Assembly: GCF_037042905.1 (NCBI RefSeq)
Contig: NC_087259.1
Coordinates: forward strand, 22,754,001 to 22,818,000
From: Lytechinus pictus
Taxonomy: Eukaryota
Direction: 5' to 3'
DNA length: 64,000 nt
Shown: positions 35,741-47,927 of the stretch, piece by piece
Numbering within the stretch: position 1 is the stretch's first letter
Layout of the letters: each line of letters opens with the position of its first letter
Translations under genes and position numbers: made by a program
The notes under the pieces: generated by a model
Told to the model about the DNA's origin: nothing
Database searches by the model: none
What the model saw: the letters and a program-made list of their open reading frames with translations, nothing else

Positions 35741-36575
35741 CAACATGTGGAAGAAAATGATATTGAAATTCGATGTTTATTTATTTATTTTAGTTATAAA
35801 AACTGCTCGACGTATGAAGGGGCCCTGTATCAACAAACATGAAAACACATAACAAAACAATATGCAATAGTCAACAAAATAAACATATGATATAATGGTC
35901 AATGATAAAGAAAAAAAAATACACCAAAAAGGAGGAAAATGCAAATAACCAAGAAACTAATAAATTTTAGTGGTGTATATGCCTAATCGCTTAAAATGAT
36001 TTACACTCACAATTTACATACATGTATTCTCGCGCGCTATAGTCGCGTTTGCAGTGTATTTTAGGGGTCCACCCGCTATAGTCATATAAGGACCACTAGT
36101 CATATACCGGCTAATACCATAGTCATAATAATCATAATGGTCACGTTCATAAGGTCTATATGTTCATAGAGGTCGCTAAAGTCATAATCAACTATGGGGA
36201 CGCTCCCCCTACCAAAAATAGTAGGGGGGACACAATATCAAAATCCCCTTACTATTTTTGGTCTTTAATGATAGAGAAAAATACATCATGCACAATCGAA
36301 ATAATACATGTATTTTGGACCAAACGAACTTACATTTAGCATGTTTAGGGTGAATAAAAACCCTTTTTTTTTTGTAATTTTTTTTTTTTTTTTTTTTTGG
36401 GGGGGGGGTCAAAATGACCTTACGTTTTGGGTGATAACTTTTTTTTTTTTTTTTTTGCTTGTCTAATTTTCCAGCTCCTGGTCCCCCTAACTTTGGGGAC
36501 AGATTTAATAATAATAAATTACATTTCTATAGCGCATAATACACAAGGTCTCTATGCGCTTCACATATACAAGAA

Positions 36576-37953
36576 TTAAAGGACAAGTCTACCCCAACAA
36601 AAAGTTGATTCGAATAAAAAAAAAAAAAAACCAACAAGCAAAACACTGAAAATTTCATCAAAATCGGCTGTGAAATAAGAAAGTTATGACATTTTAAAGT
36701 TTCGCTTCTTTTCACAAAACAGTTATATGCACATACTGGCTGGTATGCAAATGAGTAGACTGATGACGTCATCCACTCACTATTTCCTTTGCATTTAATT
36801 ATATGAAATATAAAATATTCTAATTTTCTCCTAATTGTCAAGTCAAACAACAATGGTTCCTCCCTGAACATGTGAAATTAACATTGTTTAATACTATATG
36901 GTTCAGTCAAGTTGGCCCTTCTAGTTAAATCTGTAAAAAATGAAATAGTGTAATTGAAACAATAAAAAACAAAAGAAATAGTATACAAATATTCAATGTT
37001 GATGAGTGCGATCGTTCCGAATATTGCATGAGTGTGCAAGTTGAAACAGTCTATTCAACGACGCGAAGCGGAGTTGAATAGGCTGTATCAACTTGTAACG
37101 AATGTAATATTCGGAACGTCGCACGAATACAACATTGAATATTTGTTTTATACAACACCGATAGCTTACACTTTAGACTAGATCTAGATAGGCTAGATCT
37201 ATAGGTGTAGTAGATGACTAACGCGCATTAGGTCTTATTTTGCTTACAATGTTGTCTTTTGAGCGTCGAGTAGATTTACTCCAGTAATCCCAGGAGTCAA
37301 GTACTTTCAACATAGATCCATAAAGTCATAGATCCATGAAGTCTAATTTGTGAATGAATTCAATAAAACCCAGAAGGAAACCCAAAAGGTACGCAGCCGT
37401 ACCCTGGGAATAATTTGCTTAGCAACGTACGTACGCGCATTGTGTTCAGCTTAGCAACGTGTATGCGCAGTGCTACGTACATCGGTCAGAGTTATACAAA
37501 AACGTGATTACGCGCGTATATCGCTAATTCACTTAACGTGTACGGGGCTATCAATGGGTTCAGTGTGCCCAGGGATCTTGCAGTCCTGGCTCATTTACTT
37601 AAGCGTGCTATAGTCGACTATAGCACGAGCGTGCAATAGTCGACTATAGCACGGCTAGCATATCTTAGCGTGCTATAGCTGATTCCTCTGAATGTCATGT
37701 GACACGCTTTCATCCAATCAGCTGTCAAGGATCTATACATGTGTTGTATAATGAGTGATGAACATCATCAACTGACACATTTGTATGTCAATGAGTTGTG
37801 CATATCACTGTTTTGTGGAAAATAAGCGAAACTTTAGAATGTCATAACTTTCTTATTTTACATCCGATTTTGATGAAATTCTCACCAATGTGCTGGTTTG
37901 ATTTTTCTCTATTTTTTCAAATCAACATTTCCTGGGGTGGACTTGACCTTTAA
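36576..37953. mobile_element. TTAA-flanked MITE (Kolobok-like) with a nested insertion
   Basis: TTAA-AGGACAAGTCTACCCC ... GGGGTGGACTTGACCT-TTAA plus subterminal inverted blocks; a diverged relative lies at about 4701-5075. Confidence 0.8.
36982..37751. mobile_element. Nested non-autonomous element with a long terminal hairpin (possibly Crypton-like)
   Basis: Interrupts the MITE; ~165-bp imperfect palindrome 36984-37147 centred on GCGAAGC; TTATACAACAC / GTGTTGTATAA inverted pair. Confidence 0.55.
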
Positions 37954-38436
37954 ATATCTCAACTTATACAATATGGGCATTGAAAAAAAAGAAGTTACAA
38001 TTAATTAATCAATGGTTAAATAGGTACGTTTTAAGTGCAGTCTTAAAGGTGTGGATGGTGGGTGCAGATTTACGCCCATGCAGTCATAATAGAGTACAAG
38101 AGGTTCGTCAGATTAGGGTCAGCCAGTCATAGCAAAAGAGGTTTGCCAGTCATTCAGAAGAGGTTCGCCATATGAGGGGAATGAGTGTAGCAGTGGCGGA
38201 TCCAGGGGGGCACAGGGGGCGCCCCCCCTAAATAAAAGTAAAAGAAAGAAAAGGCGCCGCTTGAAAAAATAAAAAATAAAGGAAAGAAAAGAAAAGGCGC
38301 CGCTTAAAAAAAAAATATACACTGATATAATATTAGCAACAGTAAAGAAAAGACTATCCCCCAGCAAAGCACAATCATATCATCTTCCTTATCTTTTCTT
38401 TTAATTACCCTTTTCCCAACAACTTCGCCGGTTGAA

Positions 38437-39190
38437 AATAATCAGCAGTGCGCTGCCTGCATATGGCGCCAATCAAGAATAATCAGTGCCACCTAAATCT
38501 AAATCGGCGCCGGACAAGAATAATCAGCGCCATTTGGTTATAGATCGGCGCCAGTCAAGAAAAATCGGCACTGCCAGAGTCTTAACCGGCGCCGATCAAG
38601 GATAATCAGCGCCACCTTAATCTAACTCGGCACCGGACAAGAATAATCGGCGCCATCTGGTTATAAATCGGCGCTGCCTGAGTTCTTAACCGGCGCCGAT
38701 CAAGGATAATCAACGCCATCTATATCTAAATCGGGGCTGGTCAAGAATAACCAGCGCCATCTGGTTATAAATCGGCGCTGCCTGAGTCTTAACCGGTGAC
38801 GATCAAAAATAATCAGCTCCACCTAAATCTAAATCGGCGCCGGACAAGAACAATCAGCACCACTTGGTTAAAAATCGGCGCCAGTCATAAATAATCGGCG
38901 CCTCCTGGTTCTAAATCGGCGCCAGTCGATTATGAATTGCCGCTGCCTGAATCTTACGTGACGTCGGTAAAAATATTCAGCACTACTTGTTCTAAATCGG
39001 CGCCGGTCAAGACAAATCGGCGCTGCCTTTGTCTTAACCGGCGCCACCTAAATTTAAATCGGCGCCGGTCAAGAATAATCAGCGTCCCCTGGTTCCAATA
39101 AATAGGCGCCGGTAGAATAATGAAGAAGGGCCTATTGCCAACCAAATCTAGATCGGCGCCGGTCAAGAATGATCAGCGGCACCTGGTTAT
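38437..39190. repeat. Minisatellite, ~19/38-bp units (AAGAATAATCAGCGCCACC..TAAATCGGCGCCGGTC)
   Basis: About 19 diverged dimeric units rich in GGCGCC. Confidence 0.9.
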
Positions 39191-39548
39191 ACATTAGTTT
39201 TATTGTTGAATGGTCATAACGAATAACAAAGCTTATCGCATGCCCTTACAAAGTGGACTGGGGCGGGGCAGTTGCCCACAGATGTCATGAAATCTTTAAT
39301 TTGTTATTTAAAAAATCCAAGAATCATACAAAAGTGTAGAGCAAATCCTTTAATTTTGATCTTATTTTCCAATGCTTTAATAAAAAAAGGTCGGTCGCTT
39401 TTCTTCTTTACACATTCCACATTGTGCCACCTCTATGGCCTTTAGTCATGTTAGTGTAAGACAGCTACTATCATGACTATGGTGTTTTATGAAGATGATT
39501 CTTTATTCAATTAGTCCAAAACTTTGCTAAAACCCGTTGCTAATACTT

Positions 39549-39707
39549 CGGGGCGTTTCATGAAAGGACTTGTCGGACGTTTTATCCGACAAGTCCCATT
39601 TTATCCGACAGTTACCATAGTAACAGTACCTCTCAGCCAATCAACATCAGAGAAAGATGTCAGATCTGACAACTTGTCGGATGAAAATGTTGATGAAACA
39701 CTCCCCG
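39549..39707. mobile_element. Small MITE
   Basis: CGGGGCGTTTCATGAA ... TTGATGAAACACTCCCCG imperfect TIRs. Confidence 0.65.
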
Positions 39708-40192
39708 GGAGTGTATAATTACGCAAACAGACGTATATTCGTTAGACCTTAAACCACTAAATATAATTTTCAATGTATAAATACAGTTTGTCAATACCTT
39801 TGTTTTAAAGTTTAAATGTTATCGCCACAAAATTTGATTTATTTTCATCTTCCATTAAGTTAATATTATTCATTTGATCACTCAGGAAGAAGTTAAAAAA
39901 AATAACGATACCTGTAAAACTGGAGAACTATTTCCAAAGCTCTGTCTTGAAGGATCTCTTTCTGAATTCAGGTCATAAGCATATCCAGTTTCATCAAAGT
40001 AGTTAGAGAAAAATTACTCATCATTACAAATTGCATTATATTTAGTGAAAAGCATCACAATATATATATATATAAATACCAAATCTGTATATAGGCCTAT
40101 ATACATCATGTACATTAAAAAATCGAATGATAATATAAACCTGGATTGGTGATGTATTCCAAATGATTCATGGTGTAGTATCATTGTATATA

Positions 40193-41085
40193 CAGAGGCG
40201 TCGATCCTGGGGGGGGGGGGCAGGGGGTCGATCGCCCCACCAATGAAAATATTGGGGGGGGGGCAAACATATCATTTTGCCCCCCCCCCCCCAATGATTC
40301 CGCATGTGCAAAAATAAAATAAGCTGGTAGTGTTACACAGAAATCAGCAAGCGAGCTTGAGCTACACAACTCATTCTTTATTTAAAATCATGCTCAAATT
40401 GTCCGCTTTTCAGATTGGAATATAAAAATGTTCAGCTCGCGCTTCGCGCTCGCATAATTTCTGTAGCAAAACCCCAGACTTTTCATTATTAAATAGGTGA
40501 ATAGAATGTCCCGTTTTCAGTTCTAAACCTCAAAAGAACTCCCGCTTCGATTTGCAATAATCTTTTGTTGGATATAATCCTGTTCTTTATTAAAAACTTC
40601 CATTAAACTGTCATTTTTTTCCAGATCGAAATATCAAAATTTTAAGCTCGCGCTACGCGCTCGCATTTATTGTTTTTTTAGATACCCAACTTAATCATTG
40701 GTAACAAAAATGCTTAGAATATCAAGCTTTCTGGTCAGTATATAAAGAAATTTAAGCTCGCCCTCGACACTCGCATTATCTGTGTAGTGAGATATGTATC
40801 CTCCTCATGATTTACCAAGAGCAGTCCTAAACAGACACCTTTTTCCTGTTTTCAGGTCAGAATACTAAAAAAAAATCAGCTCGCGCTCGCATTAATTTGT
40901 TGGTGAGATATGTGTCTCTATCTCATGAGTCATATAAATAAATAAATATATACATATATATGCATATGTGTGTGTGCGTGTTTGTGTGTGAGTTTGTTTG
41001 ATTTGTGTGATCGAGCGCCTTTGGAAAGTTGATTCATGATTTTGCCCCCCCCCCCCCCGATCTGAAAAAAGGATCGACGCCCCTG
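40193..41085. mobile_element. hAT-type MITE
   Basis: TIR CAGAGGCGTCGATCC / GGATCGACGCCCCTG; perfect 8-bp TSD TGTATATA; internal GCTCGCGCTTCGCGCTCGC repeats. Confidence 0.9.
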
Positions 41086-41408
41086 TGTATATATTTATAT
41101 AGTAAAAAAAAATTGTTTCTCAATTAATATACAAAAGTATTGGCCTCATCGCAATAAAGGGTTAGTACACGAGATTTTGAAATCGCACATAACATTCATA
41201 ATTTGTGTTACTTTTTGCTTGTTTCTTTCTTTAATAAGTTTTTCAATCTCTCTCTATATATGTTTTAGAAAGATTATATGTTTAAATTGATGTATATTTT
41301 CTGTTATAATGAGATATGTTTAAGTGGACTTCAGGGAATGGTCGTACGCAGCAAGGGGGAGCTAGGGGGGCAAATTCCCGATCAGCTGTTGTGAAAACAC
41401 ATTTTTTC

Positions 41409-42001
41409 CCCGGGGGGGGGGCACTCAGTATATAATGCATAGTGGGTATGTGCCGCGGAGGGGACCCCATTTTTACACTCAAATTTCCGTTCCAAGGCAT
41501 ATAATTTTTTGTCTTATTGAGAAAAAGATCAATTAAAGAAAGCCGCTCCAAAGCATAGCATTTTCTTCTTATCGAGAAAAAGAAGAAATAAATCCGCTCC
41601 AAGGCTTCGCATATTTTCCGTTACGCCGTTCCGGTTGCATTGTTCTGCTACAATCAGCCGCAATTTTGGTGAAAAGCGGCCGCAGAGCGCTGTCCGACCA
41701 TCGTCTCTGCGCTAGCGCACCCGGCGCCCGTGCCGCTGGGCTAGCTGCAAAGCAGCTGCATGCACGTTCCATAGGGGTGTATACCACTGAACTAGAGATA
41801 CGTATTTTTAGTTCAGTGGTGTATACGCACTCACACGCAGGGACCCGTTCCAAGGACCCCCGTTTTCACAAACATTTGTAGTTCCGAAGCCCGTTCCGAG
41901 GACCCTCCTTTTTACAATAAGCCCGCTCCAAGGCCCCCGTTTTTTGTCTCGCCCGCGGCACATACCCACTACTTTTTTGGTCGAGTGCCCCCCCCCCCGG
42001 G
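41409..42001. mobile_element. MITE with CCCGGGG..CACT termini and 7-bp TSD
   Basis: ~50-bp imperfect TIRs (GCACTC..TAGTGGGTATGTGCCGCGG); TSD TTTTTTC on both sides. Confidence 0.85.
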
Positions 42002-42922
42002 TTTTTTCCCTTAAAATTTCATGAAAACTATGAAAAATGTGCAAATGTGAGATTTGCACCAAATACTTTTATTACACTTGTAAAAAAAATAATCGCCCCA
42101 TTGAGCAGCTCGGTCCGTTTACTATATCGCTTTTATTTTATTTTTTTTAAATGCTTGCCCCCCCCCCCTCCAGGAAATATTATCTGCGTGTGGTCATGCA
42201 AAATGGCATGACTGGAAATCCTACATTTTGAAAAGAGCATTTGACAGGGTCAGACTGTACCCCTTTTTTAACATTTTCTTTTATGGCATGGCGCCGGTGA
42301 AGTGCAAAAATATGTGCGCCGCTCGATCGGCAGTGCACCCCCCCCCCCTTTCGCCAAAAGCTGGATCCGCTAGCCTATGTGTAGTATCGGGTTCTCCTGA
42401 CTTCGCCAGTCAAAATAGTAAGTGAGGGTCAAAAGAGGTTCGCCAGTCATAGTAGAAGAGGGTCGCCAGTGCCCCCCCCCCCCCCCCCGATCCCGATGAC
42501 TGTTCTGTTTGCGCGACTCTCGTCGTACCGTACTGCTAGTAAATCCAAATCATTTCGTAGCGCGCGGCGGCGCGGGCGGCGACGAATGGAAGGAGAGCGA
42601 GCTAGACTCCCTAGCCTAGATGATCAAGGGGCGGTTTGGGGAATCCCGAAAAGCTTGGCGTACCGACACACGAGTCCAATGATCATCCTAATTAACCCGG
42701 AACTCATTTATTTTGGATGACGTAGCCTACGTGACAGAATACCAGCGGATGACTGGAATCACATGTGTTCTTTGGTGGAATTCAATCAATCAAGTTCAAA
42801 GAAAGACTAGGGTAAATGGGTAATAATATTAATCAGCTTAGGCCTTCCCTTACTTAGTTAGAGTCAGACTCACAAATGCCAAATTTGCATAGGCCAGGGA
42901 GCTCCCGCCCGCGCAGCGGCCG

Positions 42923-43905
42923 GGAGCCCAGGGGCTTACCGTGTATTTGACCATACTCACGGGACTAGGGTGATTTATGGTCTAAATATTTCTCCAAATG
43001 AATTGTGAAAACAGAAAGCATACAATTACCACGATTATATGGATGAAGGTCTAACAAGTGGCAGTTTCCTGACATCTGGGCACAGACTGGAACCTCAAAA
43101 AACGAAAAGTTATCTCCTACCCCAGTCTCGATCGGCCATTTTGTTATGATTTTTAACAAAAATGGCCGATCGAGACGGGGGTAGAAGGAGAGAACTTTTC
43201 GTTTTTTTGAGGTTCCAGTCTGTGCCCAGATGTCAGGAAACTGCCACTCGTTAGACCTTCATCCATATAATCGTGGTTGTATACTTTCTGTTTTCACAAT
43301 TCATTTGGAGAAATATTTAGACCATAAAATCACCCTAGTCCCTAACCCAGGGAGCCCAGGGGCTTACCGTGTATTTTACCATACTCACGGGACAAGGGTG
43401 ATTTATGGTCTAAATATTTCTCCAAATGAATTGTGAAAACAGAAATTATGCACTTACCACAAATATTTGGATGAAGGTCTAACGAGTGGCAGTTTCCTGA
43501 CATCTGGGCACAAACTGGAACCTCAAAAAAACGAAAAGTTCTCTCCTTCTACCCCAGTCTCGATCGGCCATTTTGTTACATTACAATTCATAACAAAAAT
43601 GGCCGATCGAGACGGGGGTAGAAGGAGAGAACTTTTCGTTTTTTCAGGTTCCAGTTTGTGCCCAGATGTCAGGAAACTGCCACTCGTTAGACCTTCATCC
43701 AAATATTCGTGGTAAGTGCATAATTTCTGTTTTCACAATTCATTTGGAGAAATATTTAGACCATAAATCACCCTAGTCCCGTGAGTATGGTCAAATACAC
43801 GGTAAGCCCCTGTTTTCTGTTTTCACAATTCATTTGGAGAAATATTTGGACCATAAATCACCCTAGTCCCGTGAGTATGGTCAAATACACGGTAAGCCCC
43901 TGGGC
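42923..43905. repeat. Tandem foldback (palindromic) elements
   Basis: Two near-perfect palindromes with ~190-230-bp arms (centres near 43150 and 43585) followed by a partial arm duplication at 43813-43905. Confidence 0.9.
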
Positions 43906-43949
43906 TTTCATATGAAAAAAAACCTCATTTTTTAGGTGTCATATAAACC

Positions 43950-44110
43950 AAATAATGTTTTTTTCATTCGTGCAATGGACATAATACTCCATTCGGTGAA
44001 AGATGAAATAATGATCCATTCAACTCGGCTACGCCTTGTTGAATGGATCGTTTCATCTTTCCCCTCATGAAGTATTCTGTCCATTGCACTCATAAACATT
44101 CATTATTTGT
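43950..44110. repeat. Long imperfect hairpin
   Basis: TGCAATGGACA.AATACT..AAAGATGAAA..GATCCATTCAAC / GTTGAATGGATC..TTTCATCTTT..AGTATT.TGTCCATTGCA. Confidence 0.8.
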
Positions 44111-44308
44111 ATACCGGTAGATAACCTCGTTCGTAGGATGAGTGCATTATACTAACGTTAGCCTTGTTGTTTGATGAGTGGTTTGGCGGACGGTCTGTCG
44201 TGTGGCTCAGACACCGCTGACACTGAGTGACAGTGACACAGTGGCAGATGTAAAAAGGACAGGGGTAGTCTAGTAGTGTTATTACTAAAACCCCTGAAAA
44301 GTCGTATC

Positions 44309-44696
44309 TCAAAGTTAAATGAAAGTAGTTGCAGTAAACACTGATTTCACGAGAAAGTAAGTACAACCAGGCTTAATTGTCACTATATCATCGAGGATCT
44401 AGATCTGGTACAGTTACATAAACTGAACTTTGTGAAATCTTGAAATCTACGCTGAAAAATGTTCACACTGAAGATCACCAACACAGATAAGCGCACGTGG
44501 GACAGTGTATTATTATTGCTTTGAATGTCGGCCCGACCCGTGATTATTTGCTTATTTCTCAGCAATTACACAATTTCTTCCAGAATCCTTTGGCACATGT
44601 TTTTTATTTATACAAACGGACACTTTGGTGGTCATTTCATTGGATTCTGTACGAACTCATTTTGAAATCGTCACCACAACTGGCATTTATCTTTAA
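44309..44696. mobile_element. MITE (Kolobok-like), copy 1
   Basis: Similar along its length to 59909-60310; ends CATTTATCT-TTAA. Confidence 0.8.
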
Positions 44697-45254
44697 TTCA
44701 GCCTGGCTTGGGAGATTTTAGACTGATATTGTTGCGGAGGAGTTTTTTAAAAACTTTTTCTGATTTTTGTTTGCCTTCCTCCTACTACTCGGTCCTAACG
44801 TTAGTCCTACACTACACTACAGCCCAGGCTAGTTACATTTACGGAGGCCAGAGGGTATGCCGCGGATGGTATGAATTGATTTTAAAAAGCAATTGTTTCT
44901 TATTTTTTCCTTTCCACCTATAAAGCAGAGTCTTTCAATAAATGCCCATTTATCTTCTTAATTGATACACAAACTCAAACTGCTACTGAGACTTGAGTAC
45001 AAACTACATCGTCACAATGTTGTAAACTACACATTTTTCTTTTCCTTCTGAAGACTTGCTTTCTTTGTACTCTTTTTTTACTTTAAGCTTTTTTTGCTAC
45101 CCTTTTTTGTTGTTACTGAGCGTAATAGTCTTGCAATTACAACTCTCATCTTTCAATTCAATTTGATTTATTTGATTTATTTAAAAATTACAAACAAATC
45201 AAAATAATACTATAAGCTGAGAAGAAACAGAAACAACAAAGCAAGGCAATGAGA

Positions 45255-45428
45255 GGGGCGTTGGTTCGAATCAAAGTCATGGCATGTTTCCTTCAGCAAG
45301 AAATTTACACACAATGTGCTGCACTCAACCCAGGTGAGCTGAATGGGTACAAAGCAGGATTAATTCCTTGAATGCACTGAGCGCTGCACGCTGGTAGGCA
45401 CCAGGTGCTAAAGCTGGGGTAATAATAG
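45255..45428 (+). mobile_element. Partial tRNA-derived SINE
   Basis: GGTTCGAATC B box and core TGTGCTGCACTCAACCCAGGTGAG shared with 29138-29430. Confidence 0.75.
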
Positions 45429-47361
45429 TTTTCTGATGGAGTTCGAGTTTTAAGTTTGTTTGTTTTTTTCTCTTTTTTTGTTCTCTAAAAATCTCCAATC
45501 AATGTAGCTGATTTATTTGAAAGCTAAGAAAAAAGAAAGAAACTTTGTCACTCTTAGGTAGGATCATTTTATCATAATTTCTTTTTGCTACTGATTATAA
45601 ATGTGAACACGAATAATGTTGGTCTCCATTCGGAGAGGTCATGTTTTGATTTTAATACGCACTACTACAACATGAAACAATCTGTTATAATTGTCTTTAT
45701 GTTTGTATATATATGTATGTATCTATATGAAGTGTTACTTGTAGAACGTTACAATTTATGTCAAGCAATTCCCCCTTTTGGGGAATGCACAGGCATCTTT
45801 GGCGATTTGTTTTGTAATGTTAATAGTCTACATTGTCTTGTTTTTTCAAGGTACTTTATTAACAAACACAATTATGATAGGAGTGTTAAGAGGTCATGTT
45901 TTATCTGCCTTTAATATTTCAAATCCTAATGATATACGACAAGTGCTTGGCACTTTTTTACCAATGACAATACTTCACAGATTGGGATGTAGGCCTCTGA
46001 AAGGTATTCATGGACAAAGAATAGATTTTGAGAGTTCAGTAATTTGTATGCCCATATTGGAAGTCAGTATAGTTTCTTTTCATATGCAGCCTCTGGTTTT
46101 AAAGCAAACTCAGTATGCACATCAGTTTAGTCGTTATTCATGTAATTTGAATGATTGTTACATTCTCACGATTAGGCATATAATGAAAAAGATACACGTA
46201 CTATAATTCGAACGGGTGATTTTATAGTGTTTTCTAGTAGAATTATTCTTTTTCTTATAAAAATGCTAATTTTTAGCTACCGAAAGGAAATTTGGAGGAA
46301 TCTAATTATGTATATACACTTGAATCCACCTCTTCTTCTGGAATGTGATACATTGTTTCCTGGTTTAGATTATCACGATGATAAGGTATATTATCTTTCA
46401 CGCAATTCTTGGCTTTCAGTAAACTGTAAAGTCTGTAAACAATTCTTGCACACGAAATTCTTTGGACATGATATAAATACAGGTTGTTTTTGGTTTACAT
46501 GTTTGAATGAATGGGATTTTTTACATTGGCTTCAAAGCTCTCATAGGCAAAACATACCCAAGGTCTTTAAATTGCATTCTTACACAGTCATTCGACTGAC
46601 GAGTTTTTCAATTATTCAATTACCGCATTGTGTTAATGGAATGCATTGTATGATATTTCAACTAAACATGCTTCTCAATATCGAAGCCATGGTTCTTTCA
46701 CAAACGTTACATAATCAAATAGCAGTTGATTATGCACTTAGGGTTTGGATAATTTGGCGAATAAGCTTGTTATGCATGCTATCTAAAGTTTTTTACCGCC
46801 ATCTCTTAAGATACTTTAATACACCTTTGATTTATATTCAAATACTCCTTTTTCCAGTAGAAAGAATTTTTGAACTCCTCGTTATTGCAAATGTTTTAAT
46901 TGGGACTAACAGTCGGTCATTCATTGCGCATGCTTCCGGATGGAGTTTTTTTTACAAGGTCCATTCTCATGTTAAATCCTTCTTTAATTGCGATACTCTT
47001 GCCATGACCTTGTTGAAACGTATTCTCTTTGAATTATTCATGTTCACGAGATATACTTTGCCATGGCTTTCCATTCCGGTAAACTTTCCTATTTTCATTA
47101 CCCCGTATTTTTTATTCCAAAGTACAAAACTTCGGTTTTGTAAATCCAGCTTTGAGCTTTATGAGGTTGACAAATCAGGATGTCATATCTTTATGATTAT
47201 TAAAGAAACAAAGTTGAAATTTCTGTCGCTAAATGTAAGAGGCATAAGATCCAATTTTAATAGGAATAAAGTTTTTCATTGGCTGGAAGATATTAATGCA
47301 GATGTGATATTCCTGCAGGAGACATACAGCTCTGATGATATAACTAATCTTTGGTCGTCTC

Positions 47362-47927
47362 CCCGGGGGGGCCACTTACATTGACGAGTGGATACCATGC
47401 GCGACCAAAAAAACATGTATAAAGGATGCTTTTTTCAAGATAGGGCACGTTACGTACGTAACGTAATAAGTGTATCAAAAACACTAAAATAATGAAAAAA
47501 GGGTATCTATTTCGCTTGGAATGCTACGTGTTTAGGGTCAATTTTATGAGGGTGCAAAAAAAAAGTTTTATAAAGGATGTACTATTTTGGCACCAAGAGT
47601 CAACACTACGTGATTAGAGTACTAGACGATTTGCGCGAGATGTGGGAGGTGGGCTGCACTAAACCCAATGATGTAGGTAAAGGTAAAACCGACGTCTGTG
47701 ACATAACATTTGCTGTACTTGTTTAGGGGGTCAATTCAGGGAAAACTTGCCTAGAGTATCGATTTGTTTTCAATACTTGTTAAGGGTAGGGTTTCACACG
47801 CCAATACTTGTTAAGGGGTGCATTTTCAGAGTATAAAAAATATGTGTTTAGGGTGCTTTTCGAGACCCCATGGTCGCGCATGGTATCCACTCGTCAATGG
47901 AAGTGCCCCCCCCCCCCCCCCCCCCCG
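47362..47927. mobile_element. MITE with CCCGGGG..CACT termini and 7-bp TSD, inside the L1 endonuclease
   Basis: TIR CACTT(A/C)CATTGACGAGTGGATACCATGCGCGACCA; TSD TCGTCTC (47355-47361 and 47928-47934); removal restores LWSSQWKG. Confidence 0.92.

Larger units (their letters stand above)
38191..42376. mobile_element. hAT-like non-autonomous element expanded by a minisatellite and nested MITEs
   Basis: CAGTGGCGGATCCAG at the left end, CTGGATCCGC at the right; GTGTAG on both flanks; the AGAGGTTCGCCAGTCATAG mini-repeat is present on both sides (38085-38170 and 42400-42470). Confidence 0.55.

Noticed and set aside
35741-35745. Canonical TG start of the 5' LTR (TGTTG on the minus strand)
   Set aside because: These bases are absent from the 3' LTR, where the polypurine tract abuts TAGAGG, and they match the other flank (CAACC), so they are better read as the TSD.
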